Shown here: in pieces, positions 19,105 to 27,552 of the stretch
Layout: each line of letters starts with the position of its first letter
Position numbering within the stretch: the stretch's first letter is position 1
DNA from: Candidatus Saccharimonadales bacterium
GTDB lineage: Bacteria; Patescibacteriota; Saccharimonadia; Saccharimonadales; JACQNP01
DNA length: 64,000 nt
Assembly: GCA_041742395.1 (NCBI GenBank)
Contig: JBGSIS010000010.1
Span: 724 to 64,723, forward strand
Direction: 5' to 3'
Program-made: the position numbers and the translations under genes
The notes under the pieces: model-generated
What the model saw: only the letters and a program-made list of their open reading frames with translations
What the model was told of the DNA's origin: nothing
Database searches by the model: none

Positions 19105-19524
19105 ATGAACAAACGTAGTGAAAAAACATTCATAATAATCCTTCAGTTAACGGCTACACTGGCGGTAATTGGTATAGCATTACTTATCTATACAAGATGG
19201 CAAAACGGACCATCAGCAGTTTTTGATTTATTGGCGTATGTGGTAAGTATCGCGGCGTTGGCTATGACTACTCTTCAGAGCATTTCAATTTCTAGGCAAG
19301 TAAGGATTACACAGAATGCCGGCGATAAAATTTCTGATGCTACTAAAAAACTAGAAGCCTTAATCGTTACTGACAAATTACTTACTAACGAGATAAGAAA
19401 AGATATTGCTATAGACCAAAAAAGTGAAACTGTTACTAATACTTTAATTAGAGAAGAATCGGAAATTGAAGAAAAGATAGACCATTTAATAAATGAGCTA
19501 TCTAAACTAAATTCTAAAAAATAA
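19105..19524 (+). CDS. Hypothetical 2-TM membrane protein with coiled-coil tail
   Basis: 139 aa. Two N-terminal hydrophobic helices followed by a charged helical region. Confidence 0.45.
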   Translation: MNKRSEKTFIIILQLTATLAVIGIALLIYTRWQNGPSAVFDLLAYVVSIAALAMTTLQSISISRQVRITQNAGDKISDATKKLEALIVTDKLLTNEIRKDIAIDQKSETVTNTLIREESEIEEKIDHLINELSKLNSKK

Positions 19525-19529
19525 GTTTT

Positions 19530-19994
19530 TTAGTTAAGATTTTTCCTAACGAAAGTTGTATCGCCATTGACATCGCCTTCGTAAGTGGCGGTTAGAGAAT
19601 ATACTGCACAGTCATTTTCTTTAGTTGTACAAGGAGTTTTTCCGTCTTTTTGAAATACTTCGTAGGAGTAAACAAAATTGGACGGCTTATCGGCTAGTTT
19701 TGAGTCCTTACCCTTAGGATCTTTAAGTGTATCTTCTTCCAGGGCTTTAATGTTATTGCTTCGCCACTCTGGATTATTGATGTCGTTTCTGTCAGGGTAA
19801 GCAGTCTTCTGGGCATAGTAAGATTCAATTCCAACGTGAAGAGTCTTTATGTCTTTTTCCCTTTCAGTGTTTCTTTCTTTGATTCTTACGTCTTGAAAGC
19901 TAAAGAACACTAAACCTAGTAGTAATAAAATTGCCGCAAATACAATAAGTAGCTCGATTATGGTGAATCCATCAGTATTTTTATTTAACTTCAA
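19530..19994 (-). CDS. Type IV pilin-like prepilin
   Basis: 154 aa. N-terminal class III signal KNTDG/FTIIELLIVFAAILLL (G-F-T-x-x-E with Glu at +5). Confidence 0.8.
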   Translation of the reverse strand: MKLNKNTDGFTIIELLIVFAAILLLLGLVFFSFQDVRIKERNTEREKDIKTLHVGIESYYAQKTAYPDRNDINNPEWRSNNIKALEEDTLKDPKGKDSKLADKPSNFVYSYEVFQKDGKTPCTTKENDCAVYSLTATYEGDVNGDTTFVRKNLN

Positions 19995-20136
19995 ATTAAA
20001 TCCCTTCGATTTTACCTTCTACTTATTATAAGAAATATTTTCATAAATTTAAATGGTACAGTTAAAAAATGAATTTGGCCCAATCCAATAGTGGACAATA
20101 GATAAAAAAGTGGTGCATCAAGATATTTAAAAAAAG

Positions 20137-20165
20137 TTGACAAAACAACTAATATATGCTACTAT
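20137..20165 (+). promoter_or_regulatory. Sigma-70-like promoter of the island operon
   Basis: TTGACA (20137-20142), 17-nt spacer, TACTAT (20160-20165). Confidence 0.45.
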
Positions 20166-20220
20166 GTTGAAGGTTCCAAAAAACGGAACTCCCCTTATGA
20201 CAACTAAATAAGGGAGAATT

Positions 20221-20388
20221 ATGGAGAAACCCATAGTACATATCGAGCAACAGCTCGAGCATATCAAACAAGCAATAGACCAAGGACTGGACGACCAGTC
20301 CTTTTTTTATGCCTCGGAACAGCCTGACATAAAACAAAGAACGCTGCCCACAAAATTTATCATGCAACGAATGCTCAGGGTGGAATAA
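20221..20388 (+). CDS. Small ORF (55 aa) leading the island operon
   Basis: Below the ORF-track size cutoff. SD AAGGGAG lies 4 nt upstream of the ATG. Translates MEKPIVHIEQQLEHIKQAIDQGLDDQSFFYASEQPDIKQRTLPTKFIMQRMLRVE. The stop is 4 nt before the next ATG (20393). Confidence 0.35.
   Translation: MEKPIVHIEQQLEHIKQAIDQGLDDQSFFYASEQPDIKQRTLPTKFIMQRMLRVE
20284..20308 (+). terminator. Terminator-like hairpin inside the leader small ORF
   Basis: GGACTGG-ACGA-CCAGTCC followed by T7 (20302-20308). Confidence 0.4.
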
Positions 20389-20392
20389 AAGT

Positions 20393-20992
20393 ATGACAGA
20401 CACCTATAGAATAGCCCTAAGTGGCGGACCGTCGGGCGGAAAGTCTACGCTACAGCGAGCAGTCTCCGAACAGATAGCTGAAGCTTACTGCGCTCCGGAA
20501 GTTGCAACAATACTGCTAAGCGGAGGCTTCCCGGCCCCTACCGAACAGCATCCCTGGGAAGAATCCTGGCAACGAAACTTCCAACTAGCAGTAGCTGCCG
20601 GCCAGGTTGCACTGGAAAATATAACCAACCAACGAGCAGAACATGAAGGTAAACGCCTAATAATATACGATAGAGGTTTGCTCGACGGTGCTGCCTACCT
20701 ACCGGGAGGAATACCAGAGCTTGAGGAAATAACCGGCCAAGACGAGCATGCTATGCTAGGTAACTACGACTCAGTGCTACACCTTACCACTTCGGCGGCA
20801 CACTCAGCATACAACAAGCGAAGCAACCCGCACAGATTTGAAGTAGCGGCAGCAGCGCTAGAGCTCGACCAGCGAATCATGGCAGCCTGGGATAATCACC
20901 CAAATCGCATAGTACTGGACGAACCCGACAAAGTAGAGCGAGTGGCACAAGGCTTGAACATAGCTAGAGCTCTGTTAGAGGGAGAAGTATAA
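20393..20992 (+). CDS. P-loop NTPase/kinase (AAA_28 / NadR-C-like)
   Basis: 199 aa. Walker A SGGPSGGKST, Walker B-like LIIYDRGLLDG. Confidence 0.6.
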   Translation: MTDTYRIALSGGPSGGKSTLQRAVSEQIAEAYCAPEVATILLSGGFPAPTEQHPWEESWQRNFQLAVAAGQVALENITNQRAEHEGKRLIIYDRGLLDGAAYLPGGIPELEEITGQDEHAMLGNYDSVLHLTTSAAHSAYNKRSNPHRFEVAAAALELDQRIMAAWDNHPNRIVLDEPDKVERVAQGLNIARALLEGEV

Positions 20993-21769
20993 ATGAAAGA
21001 ACATCGCCTACTTCCACTGCCTAACGATGCAGATATAGAAGTCCTTAACGCTTCAGTTTCGGAGCCAGAACTGGGCACACGAGTAGTACTTAAGACCTGT
21101 AAAGTAAGCATACCTGAAACAGTCATACAGGAGGCTAAGACTGAACTGGTAGCTAGACAAAGCTTAAAGTATACACCTGGTCGGGAAAGCTCACCGGAAG
21201 ACTACCCAAAAACCAGCAGACTTGCACAGTGGCTAGCTGCAGCTGTCTTAGAACCGTCCCATAGTGACCTATCATTTATACGAGCTACAGATAAAAGAAA
21301 GCACATCTATGCAGATAATCTCCACTTTGACTCAAGATATGTTGGCTATAGTGAGCGTCGAAATGTACGAGGTACATTCTGGAGACCAAGCAATTCCGTT
21401 GAAATCTGGCGGCAAATTATAAACTTGAACGACCAGTCAAGACATCTTCAGATCATAAACACACCGATAAAGGATTTAGAAAGTAGAGGCTTGGATATCT
21501 ACCAAGAACGACCTGTTGGCAGAGAGATTATAGGATGCCAGAACCCAACAGATATTCCGATTAGCATGCTAACAACATCTATTCCAGAGTCAGAAACTCA
21601 AGTCTATACAATACCTGCCTACGACGGCGACAACTTACCAGTTTTAGGGCTCTGGTCAAGCCGAGTCCTACATGCTGGAATAACTGCCAAAGATGGCCAA
21701 CTTATGGCTGCGTCAGCCAAGTGGGTAAAGCCGGATAAAAGAGATGAAGGAGGATACTATGCCAAATAA
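20993..21769 (+). CDS. Hypothetical protein (possible HxD...H cupin/dioxygenase-like)
   Basis: 258 aa. The start abuts the previous stop (TAAATG). NLHFDSRY and distal RVLHAG could form a 2-His-1-carboxylate triad; this is speculative. Confidence 0.4.
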   Translation: MKEHRLLPLPNDADIEVLNASVSEPELGTRVVLKTCKVSIPETVIQEAKTELVARQSLKYTPGRESSPEDYPKTSRLAQWLAAAVLEPSHSDLSFIRATDKRKHIYADNLHFDSRYVGYSERRNVRGTFWRPSNSVEIWRQIINLNDQSRHLQIINTPIKDLESRGLDIYQERPVGREIIGCQNPTDIPISMLTTSIPESETQVYTIPAYDGDNLPVLGLWSSRVLHAGITAKDGQLMAASAKWVKPDKRDEGGYYAK

Positions 21770-22514
21770 TGAAAAGCTATTGAGCATCCTGACGCCCGTA
21801 CTAGCAAATGATGGAACTCGGGAATTGCTGCCAGAGACTATAGCATCAGTTGAGCAGCAAGCCCTACCATCTGGCTGGAACTTGGAGTGGATCATCATGG
21901 AGGACGGCAAGGAGCCTGTCCTCGAAGACTACCCATGGCCAGATGTTGTTCACTATCGAAAGATTGAAAAACAAGTTGGTGAGCCATCAGCAAGGACACT
22001 TGCACTATCGATGGCAATTGGCGAGGTCGTACTGGCCTTTGATGCCGATGACACATTACCACCAGAGTCTTTACAGAAAATCTGCACCGCTTTTGATGAT
22101 AATCCAAGTGCCAAATGGGTTGCTGGTCAGGAATCAACTCCACGTCATCCAACACCCTGGATAAGCCAGAAAGATTCAAAGGATAATATAGAGGCTGGTC
22201 TATGCCAACCAGAAACAATTTACCCATTCTGGAAACGAACCGGACAGTTCCCAGTCACCTTCCAGTGCTCATACAAGACAGATTCTCTCTGGGAATATGG
22301 TGGCTATCCGGCAATGCCCTACAGCGGTGACATAAACTTACTGTTCGCAGTATCGAGTGTAGAGCCTGGAGTGGTACTGCACGATACTATCCTGAACTAC
22401 CGCAGATGGCCTGGACAAATGACTGCACAGAAAGAGTACTTCGCCGTAAAAGATCTATCGCACCAACACGCTGAAAAGTGGGTCCAAGCTGTTACTAGAA
22501 AGAGCAATTCATGA
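21744..22514 (+). CDS. Glycosyltransferase family 2-like
   Basis: 256 aa. LSILTPVLANDG...SVEQQ start and FDADD (DxD) motif. Overlaps the upstream gene by 26 nt. Confidence 0.65.
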   Translation: MKEDTMPNNEKLLSILTPVLANDGTRELLPETIASVEQQALPSGWNLEWIIMEDGKEPVLEDYPWPDVVHYRKIEKQVGEPSARTLALSMAIGEVVLAFDADDTLPPESLQKICTAFDDNPSAKWVAGQESTPRHPTPWISQKDSKDNIEAGLCQPETIYPFWKRTGQFPVTFQCSYKTDSLWEYGGYPAMPYSGDINLLFAVSSVEPGVVLHDTILNYRRWPGQMTAQKEYFAVKDLSHQHAEKWVQAVTRKSNS

Positions 22515-23416
22515 AAACTGAAGTTATTCGAGAATATGCTAGCGAACACAACATTGATTTAGGAGTCCCAGAACCGATTATACGGCGAAGTGACCCGCTC
22601 GATACAGCAGCCGGTGCTCACATACCAGCTCAGGGAGACATAGAATTATTTGTTGACCATCAAAACAAAATTGTATACAAGGTTGGAACGGAAGATAGGC
22701 TACCAAAATATAAACAAGACTATCGGGCGTTGACAGTAGCCTACAACGCAAGCATCGCTGTGCCTAGACCGATTGCTGAACCAAGTGTACACGGTAAATA
22801 TCTTGTTTACGGCTCAGAATACATTTATCACGATCCTTACGGCTCACCTTCACCCGAAGCAACCGGCGAAACACTGGCAGCACTGCATGACATCAAAGTC
22901 GACTCATTTGAAATAGCAACCAGTAAGCTGGGAATGCTAGCCAGTTTCGTGCTTACTCAATGCGAAATATCTGAGCAAACACGAGAGTCTATAGAAGAAA
23001 GATGCTTGCCATGCATATCGGTAGTTACACATGATATGGAAAATAATAATAGCTTGATTCATGGTGATGTGCACCTCGGTAATGTTCTTCCAACCATACC
23101 TAGACCAACACTTATAGATTTTGAAGATTCCGGTAAGGGCTCGCCGCTATGGGACTTGGCTGTTCTTGTGCAATCTGCCAACAGATTTGGACTAGACCCT
23201 ACTTGGGTAGAAACATGTCTTCAATCTTGGCAACAAGCAAGTCACAAAGACTTGACGAAAGAAACACTAGGAGAGTACGTAGATTGGCGGTATTGGTATG
23301 GTGCCCTAAGTATGATTAAACGTACCCAACATGAACCTAACCTTCTGCCAGAATTACAGACAAGGCTCAAATGGGTACATATTCCCATAGACCAATCAAA
23401 ATGGACACGCTGTTAA
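22511..23416 (+). CDS. APH/choline-kinase-fold phosphotransferase
   Basis: 301 aa. LIHGDVHLGNVL (HGDxxxxN catalytic loop) and LIDFEDSG. ATGA overlap with the GT2 gene. Confidence 0.75.
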   Translation: MKTEVIREYASEHNIDLGVPEPIIRRSDPLDTAAGAHIPAQGDIELFVDHQNKIVYKVGTEDRLPKYKQDYRALTVAYNASIAVPRPIAEPSVHGKYLVYGSEYIYHDPYGSPSPEATGETLAALHDIKVDSFEIATSKLGMLASFVLTQCEISEQTRESIEERCLPCISVVTHDMENNNSLIHGDVHLGNVLPTIPRPTLIDFEDSGKGSPLWDLAVLVQSANRFGLDPTWVETCLQSWQQASHKDLTKETLGEYVDWRYWYGALSMIKRTQHEPNLLPELQTRLKWVHIPIDQSKWTRC

Positions 23417-23499
23417 TCGAGGAATACTGGGGGTAATTAATATCTAATTATTCAAAAATTAAAAAATGCAATTATGGGTCGGTTTTTTAACTATATTCT

Positions 23500-23589
23500 T
23501 GGCGGAGAGAGAGGGATTCGAACCCTCGAGACGGTTGCCCGCCTACACGCTTTCCAGGCGTGCCAGTTCAACCACTCCTGCACCTCTCC
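23500..23589 (-). tRNA. tRNA-Ser (anticodon GGA), CCA encoded
   Basis: Hand-folded on the minus strand. Acceptor GGAGAGG/TCTCTCC (one G-U pair), anticodon stem CACGC/GCGTG with loop CTGGAAA, 18-nt variable arm, T arm GAGGG-TTCGAAT-CCCTC, discriminator G, CCA. Confidence 0.9.
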
Positions 23590-23674
23590 ACGCAACACTT
23601 AGTATACGATATGAATTGTTTTTATAGAATTATCTTGCTTAATCTGTTAAATACAGTTTAGAATAGATTGAACG

Positions 23675-24538
23675 ATGCCAGTAATTAATCTCAAAGACGT
23701 CAGCAAACTGTACGGCTTCGGCGACGCCACTACTATAGCGTTAAACGAAGTTTCTTTTAGCGTGGAAAAAGGTGAGTTTGTTGCTATTATGGGTCCTTCT
23801 GGTTCTGGAAAGTCTACCTTGCTAAATATTGTAGGATTACTAGACAGACCATCCCATGGTATTTATGAGTTAGGTGGTAAGCGAGTAGAAAAAATGCGCA
23901 CCAATCAGCAAGCGAAAGTTCGACGGGATACGATTGGTTTTATTTTTCAGTCATTCAATCTACTGCCTAGATTAAACGTTTTAGAAAATGTTGCCCTGCC
24001 CCTCGGATATAAAGGAATGACCCAAACAAGACGTCTCAAAAGAGCTGGCATGATTCTACAAGAAGTTGGTCTTAGCGATAGAGAGTATTTTATGCCGAGA
24101 CAGTTAAGTGGCGGTCAAGCTCAGAGAGTTGCTATAGCAAGGGCTCTAGTGAATAATCCTAAAATTATTATTGCAGATGAGCCAACCGGCAATCTTGATA
24201 GTCAGTCGAGTCTTTTAGTTATGGAGTTATTGGATAGAATACATCGTGATGGCAATACAATTTTGATGGTTACTCATAATCCGGAACTTACTAAATATGC
24301 GTCGAGAGTTGTTTTTATGCATGATGGTTCAATTGTAGCCGACGAAAAATCTGAATTCGGCGACATACCACAATTCATTAGAAGAAGAATGTATAGTGTC
24401 AAAATAAAAACTCAAACCGATAAATTACAGGGTGTTTCGGCAGTCATGAATAATTTGCCAGAAAAATCTGATAATGATTCTGAAAGAAAAAGTAAGAAAA
24501 AACGTAAGTACACTAGAAAAACAAAGGGAGATAAGTAG
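23675..24538 (+). CDS. ABC transporter ATP-binding protein (MacB/LolD/FtsE type) with Lys-rich C-terminal tail
   Basis: 287 aa. Walker A GPSGSGKST, signature LSGGQAQR, Walker B IIIADEPT. The last ~60 aa are K/R-rich. Confidence 0.92.
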   Translation: MPVINLKDVSKLYGFGDATTIALNEVSFSVEKGEFVAIMGPSGSGKSTLLNIVGLLDRPSHGIYELGGKRVEKMRTNQQAKVRRDTIGFIFQSFNLLPRLNVLENVALPLGYKGMTQTRRLKRAGMILQEVGLSDREYFMPRQLSGGQAQRVAIARALVNNPKIIIADEPTGNLDSQSSLLVMELLDRIHRDGNTILMVTHNPELTKYASRVVFMHDGSIVADEKSEFGDIPQFIRRRMYSVKIKTQTDKLQGVSAVMNNLPEKSDNDSERKSKKKRKYTRKTKGDK

Positions 24539-25767
24539 TGCTACTAACCCCTTATATTAAACTAGCTTTGGCATCAATTAGGAGTGCCAGATTTAGGAGT
24601 TTTTTGACTATGCTAGGCATTATTATTGGAGTTGCTAGTGTAGTGGTTACAGTAAGTATTGGTGAGGGAGTAAAAAAACAGATTACCAACCAAATAAGTA
24701 GTTTAGGATCTGAATTAATTACTATACGTCCAGGTGCGATTGTTACACGTGATGAAGATAATAAGATCGTTGGCGTAAATCTGTTAGCTTCATCCAGTGC
24801 CAGGTCTTTCAATGAAGATGATTGGAAAAAAGTGGAAGCCACATCAAATATCCAAACGACTGTTCCCTTTAATGTAGTTAGTGGCGTCCCAAAACATGAA
24901 GATAAAACTATGCCAACAAGTACAATTATTGGTACTACTGAACAGCTACCAGTGATTTTACAGCAAGAACTTGAGTATGGTGGTTTTTTTAGTGTTGGCG
25001 ATAAGAATAAACAAGTTGTAGTAATAGGTAAACAAGTTGCTGAAGACCTATTTGGTGAACTTGCCCCAGTCGGTAAGACAATCCAAATTAGAGGAGAGTC
25101 CTTTATTGTTAGGGGAATTTTTAAGGATTTTCCAGCTAGTCCTATTTTAGTATCTACAGATTATAATTCTTCGATTTTTATGCCTTACGAAGTTAGTAAA
25201 AAGCTGACCGATAATCAACCTCAAATATTTCAGATTCTAGCTAAAGCAAATAACAGTCAGAATGTTGATAAAGCAGCGCTTGATATTAGATCTGGTCTAA
25301 AGTTACTTCATGGTGGCCAAGAAGACTTTACAGTACTAAAACAAGACGAGAATTTATCTGTAGCTAGTAATGTACTTAGTCTAATTACTGCGTTTATAGC
25401 TGGAGTAGCTGCCATATCTCTAATAGTTGGCGGCATTGGAGTAATGAACATTATGCTGGTTTTGGTTAGTGAAAGAACCCGTGAAATCGGGGTAAGAAAA
25501 GCCGTTGGAGCAACAAATAGACAGATTATGCTTCAATTCCTAGTCGAATCATCGGTAATTAGTATTACTGGAGGAATTCTAGGTGTTTTCGTGGCAATCT
25601 TAGCAAACTACGCTATTAGGATTTTTACCGATTTACAGCCAGTAATATCTTTGCCGGTAGTCGTAATATCTGTAGCAATCGCTTTAGCTGTCGGAATTGT
25701 ATTTGGCACAGCTCCAGCAGTCAGAGCGGCCAAGAAAGATCCTATCGAATCATTAAGATATGAATAA
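24538..25767 (+). CDS. ABC transporter permease (MacB/FtsX family with periplasmic core domain)
   Basis: 409 aa. N-terminal TM, large extracytoplasmic domain, C-terminal FtsX-type helices (ERTREIGVRKAVGA). Confidence 0.9.
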   Translation: MLLTPYIKLALASIRSARFRSFLTMLGIIIGVASVVVTVSIGEGVKKQITNQISSLGSELITIRPGAIVTRDEDNKIVGVNLLASSSARSFNEDDWKKVEATSNIQTTVPFNVVSGVPKHEDKTMPTSTIIGTTEQLPVILQQELEYGGFFSVGDKNKQVVVIGKQVAEDLFGELAPVGKTIQIRGESFIVRGIFKDFPASPILVSTDYNSSIFMPYEVSKKLTDNQPQIFQILAKANNSQNVDKAALDIRSGLKLLHGGQEDFTVLKQDENLSVASNVLSLITAFIAGVAAISLIVGGIGVMNIMLVLVSERTREIGVRKAVGATNRQIMLQFLVESSVISITGGILGVFVAILANYAIRIFTDLQPVISLPVVVISVAIALAVGIVFGTAPAVRAAKKDPIESLRYE

Positions 25768-26224
25768 AATAAATATTATATGTGTAGGTAAAAAAACTAG
25801 TTCACAACTTGAATCTTTAATCAAAGAATACCAAAAAAGATTAAGACCTTACGTAGAAATAAATTGGCAAATATTGTCTGGCTTTGAAGGTAAAATGTCA
25901 CCCGACGAGCTTAAAAATTTAGAATCGAATAAGATACTTACAAAATTAAATAGTAAGTTCACGATTTTGTTAGACGAAACCGGCGACGAATTAGATAATA
26001 ATCAGCTATCTGAACTAATTTACAATAAAGTTTCGCAAAATAGTGAAATTAATATTGTGATTGGTGGTTCATATGGCGTGTCCGAAGAATTAAAGAATAA
26101 GTCTAATGAAATCTTATCCTTATCTCGGTTAGTCTTTCCTCACCAACTAGTAAGGCTGTTAATCATCGAGCAGTTATATAGAAGCTATTCTATAGCTAAT
26201 AATCTTCCCTACCATCACGAATAA
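25760..26224 (+). CDS. rlmH: 23S rRNA (pseudouridine1915-N3)-methyltransferase
   Basis: 154 aa SPOUT protein. IVIGGSYGVSEEL and LSLSRLVFPHQLVRLLIIEQLYRSYSI...PYHH. Confidence 0.9.
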   Translation: MNKINIICVGKKTSSQLESLIKEYQKRLRPYVEINWQILSGFEGKMSPDELKNLESNKILTKLNSKFTILLDETGDELDNNQLSELIYNKVSQNSEINIVIGGSYGVSEELKNKSNEILSLSRLVFPHQLVRLLIIEQLYRSYSIANNLPYHHE

Positions 26225-26867
26225 TAGCGATGCTGTTTTCTACTTTTTTAAGATAAAAATGTTCGTTGTTTGATAGCCATTCGTCGGTAGCTTTTTTTGC
26301 ACCTGGTAGTTGCTCTGATTGGTAATCATCAATCAGGATGTATCCATTTGGAGACATCTTTTTCTCGATGAGTCTTAAGCTTTGAGCGATCGAATCATAG
26401 TAATCACCATCTAAAAATGCAAATATTATATTGCTTGGCATATCATTGTCATTGAGTTCAGAAAACCAGTTTTTATGTATTCTTGGAATCGGTAATTCGT
26501 GTTTTTTAAAGTTTTCAATAAACTGTTTTTTTGAGTATTTTAGCTGACCTTTTTGGAATTGAGTTCCTGCAGGACTTTGGTCTTGTTTATTTTTTTCTGG
26601 AAGTCCTTCAAAAGAATCATAAACATGGAATTCTACATCAGAATATTTATTTGATCTGAGTAATCTTTGTATCATTAAAGATGTAGTTCCGGCATAACAC
26701 CCCATTTCTATGACATTGCCTTTGGAATTATTGAGAGATATTTGCAAATATTTTAGTATTAATCCGACCTCATCTTTAGTCACTTGATCAGAAATTAATG
26801 AATATTTATTTAAAATTTCAGTTGGCGTCATTCTAGATAAGTGTTTGCCAGTAATACCAAAATTCAT
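26196..26867 (-). CDS. Class I SAM-dependent methyltransferase (TylF/macrocin O-MT-like)
   Basis: 223 aa. IEMGCYAGTTS and FAFLDGDYYDSIAQSL. The likely true start is the internal Met at 26831, which removes the overlap with the VKOR gene. Confidence 0.65.
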   Translation of the reverse strand: MNFGITGKHLSRMTPTEILNKYSLISDQVTKDEVGLILKYLQISLNNSKGNVIEMGCYAGTTSLMIQRLLRSNKYSDVEFHVYDSFEGLPEKNKQDQSPAGTQFQKGQLKYSKKQFIENFKKHELPIPRIHKNWFSELNDNDMPSNIIFAFLDGDYYDSIAQSLRLIEKKMSPNGYILIDDYQSEQLPGAKKATDEWLSNNEHFYLKKVENSIAIIRDGREDY

Positions 26868-27450
26868 TTAATAGAATTAGGAATATTACTGTATACCAAG
26901 CAAGGAGTATATTTATATAGTTATTTTTTATAAATTTTGCTACTCCATTCATTGACTTTGGTAGAGGTAAATTATTATTTTCAATATTGTAAGCAGTAAT
27001 AAAAACAAATATCGGTATAGTAATCATCCAGGTAACGAAGCACCAAGGACAGATAGCATTAATTCTGTATACGCCTTGGAAGAATAAGTAATGCATAAAT
27101 ATAACCCCAACTAAAGATATAAACTGGGCTGACTGCCAGATCCATTTACTGAATTTTGCACCGGATAGCATCAAGAAACCAAAAGTCACTAAAGCTGTAA
27201 AGCCCATTATACCGAATATTGAATTTGGTACGCCAAGTATACTTGCTTGCTCTGTTTTCATAACTGAACCGCAACTAAGTACTGGATTAATATTGCATGG
27301 AGGATTATAGCCAGGGTCTTTGAGAACTTGGATTTTATCATAGGTAAGAATGAATGAGGCAAGCAGCCCAATGATTCCACAAATAATTAATACGTAAGGA
27401 ATATATTTGTTTATTTTTGAAGTAGCTAATTTCTCTTTTATTTTACCCAT
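26833..27450 (-). CDS. Vitamin K epoxide reductase (VKOR) family protein
   Basis: 205 aa, 4-5 TM. Loop cysteines CNINPVLSCGSV and the CPWC redox motif. Confidence 0.8.
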   Translation of the reverse strand: MGKIKEKLATSKINKYIPYVLIICGIIGLLASFILTYDKIQVLKDPGYNPPCNINPVLSCGSVMKTEQASILGVPNSIFGIMGFTALVTFGFLMLSGAKFSKWIWQSAQFISLVGVIFMHYLFFQGVYRINAICPWCFVTWMITIPIFVFITAYNIENNNLPLPKSMNGVAKFIKNNYINILLAWYTVIFLILLNEFWYYWQTLI

Positions 27451-27552
27451 TTCTAATAAATAACTATATCACCTCAGAACCTATAAGTTAAGTAGCCTCG
27501 TATTTAATAATTTTAATATTTTTTCAATAAAATCTGGTAAAATGTACTAAAT

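Larger units (their letters stand above)
20130..23450. other. GC-rich genomic island (putative horizontal acquisition) abutting the 3' end of tRNA-Ser
   Basis: Hand counts of 60-nt lines: 20401-20460 = 35/60 G+C and 22021-22080 = 29/60, against 19981-20040 = 12/60 and 24661-24720 = 19/60. Five co-directional, overlapping or abutting genes. Confidence 0.7.

Noticed and set aside
20149-20403. 84-aa minus-strand ORF at the left edge of the GC-rich island.
   Set aside because: It runs antisense through a good plus-strand promoter, SD and 55-aa ORF that is coupled to the downstream operon. GC-rich DNA generates long spurious ORFs, and no SD or motif supports this one.
21850-22227. 104-aa (+) and 110-aa (-) ORFs inside the GT2-like gene, and the 76-aa and 65-aa minus-strand ORFs at 20896-21126 and 21713-21910.
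   Set aside because: They are alternative-frame artefacts of the GC-rich island. The GT2 frame carries the DxD and N-terminal GT-A motifs.
19995-23674. Searched the island borders for an integrase, attL/attR direct repeats of the tRNA-Ser 3' end, or transposase remnants.
   Set aside because: No recombinase-like ORF was found. Only a 7-nt coincidence (aatccct near 20008-20014) with the tRNA T-arm turned up, which is too short to call an att site. The segment is therefore reported as a compositional island, not as a defined mobile element.
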